A stretch of DNA of 63,949 nucleotides, the filler included, from Klebsormidium nitens (lineage: Eukaryota > Plantae > Klebsormidiophyceae), in the NCBI GenBank assembly GCA_000708835.1. It is 8 parts of 8 records of this genome, joined end to end, with 100 filler letters (N's around TTAATTAATTAA, not from the genome) between each part and the next. Parts side by side here need not be neighbours in the genome. Positions count along the whole stretch, not along the records: positions 61,074 to 63,949 come from DF238630.1; 7 more parts are not named here. One strand, 5' to 3'. The position numbers and the translations under genes were made by a program. Position 1 is the first letter of the stretch; every line of letters starts with the position of its first letter. This document shows positions 63,768-63,949 of the stretch, piece by piece. The notes under the pieces are model-generated. The model ran no database searches, had not been told where the DNA came from, and saw nothing but the letters and a program-made list of their open reading frames with translations.

Positions 63768-63949
63768 TGTAACGACACGACTGCGCACCGACTCCCGGCT
63801 GCGCGCTGAATTCGCGGCCGCGCATCGTCCGTTATTATACGCTATCGACTTATTGAATCACTACACGCCACGTGTCCAGGTTACCGCTTCACCGCGTGAC
63901 CGTCCGATAAGACCCACGTGCACCGCGCGCCTGGGAAGTTCCGTCCGAT
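63768..63949 (+). mobile_element. Probable LTR-like terminus (TGTAACGACACGACT...) interrupting the Helitron 5' region
   Basis: The Helitron reading frame ends at a TGTAACGA start similar to the 41018/61098 termini. Confidence 0.45.

Overview
Eukaryotic nuclear scaffold with intron-containing genes, GT-AG splicing and plastid-targeted proteins. It is most likely a streptophyte green alga; the TTAATTAATTAA gap linkers recall the Klebsormidium nitens assembly (inference). The window has three zones. (1) 1-7.6 kb: a compact, intronless, virus-like element with a PLV/NCLDV-type tyrosine recombinase (YR), a catalytically truncated paralog of it, two palindromic repeat arrays flanking a small gene cassette, an MC1-like DNA-bending protein and orphan ORFs. 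(2) 8.9-33.4 kb: ordinary host genes, namely DUF3143, nuclear-encoded plastid rpl23 with a transit-peptide exon, a divergent CYP51-like P450 whose F/G exon tail is tandemly amplified in the next intron, CFIm25, a mid-SUN protein and NUS1. (3) 34-64 kb: a mobile-element-rich zone with a decayed copia element nested in an older copia, MSV199/T5orf172-like, PD-(D/E)XK nuclease and ubiquitin (pseudo)genes, minisatellites, a trypsin-like protease gene, a D5-type helicase with iteron-like repeats beside a paralog of the left-end orphan, and a decayed Helitron. All family calls come from motif recognition by eye; no searches were run.
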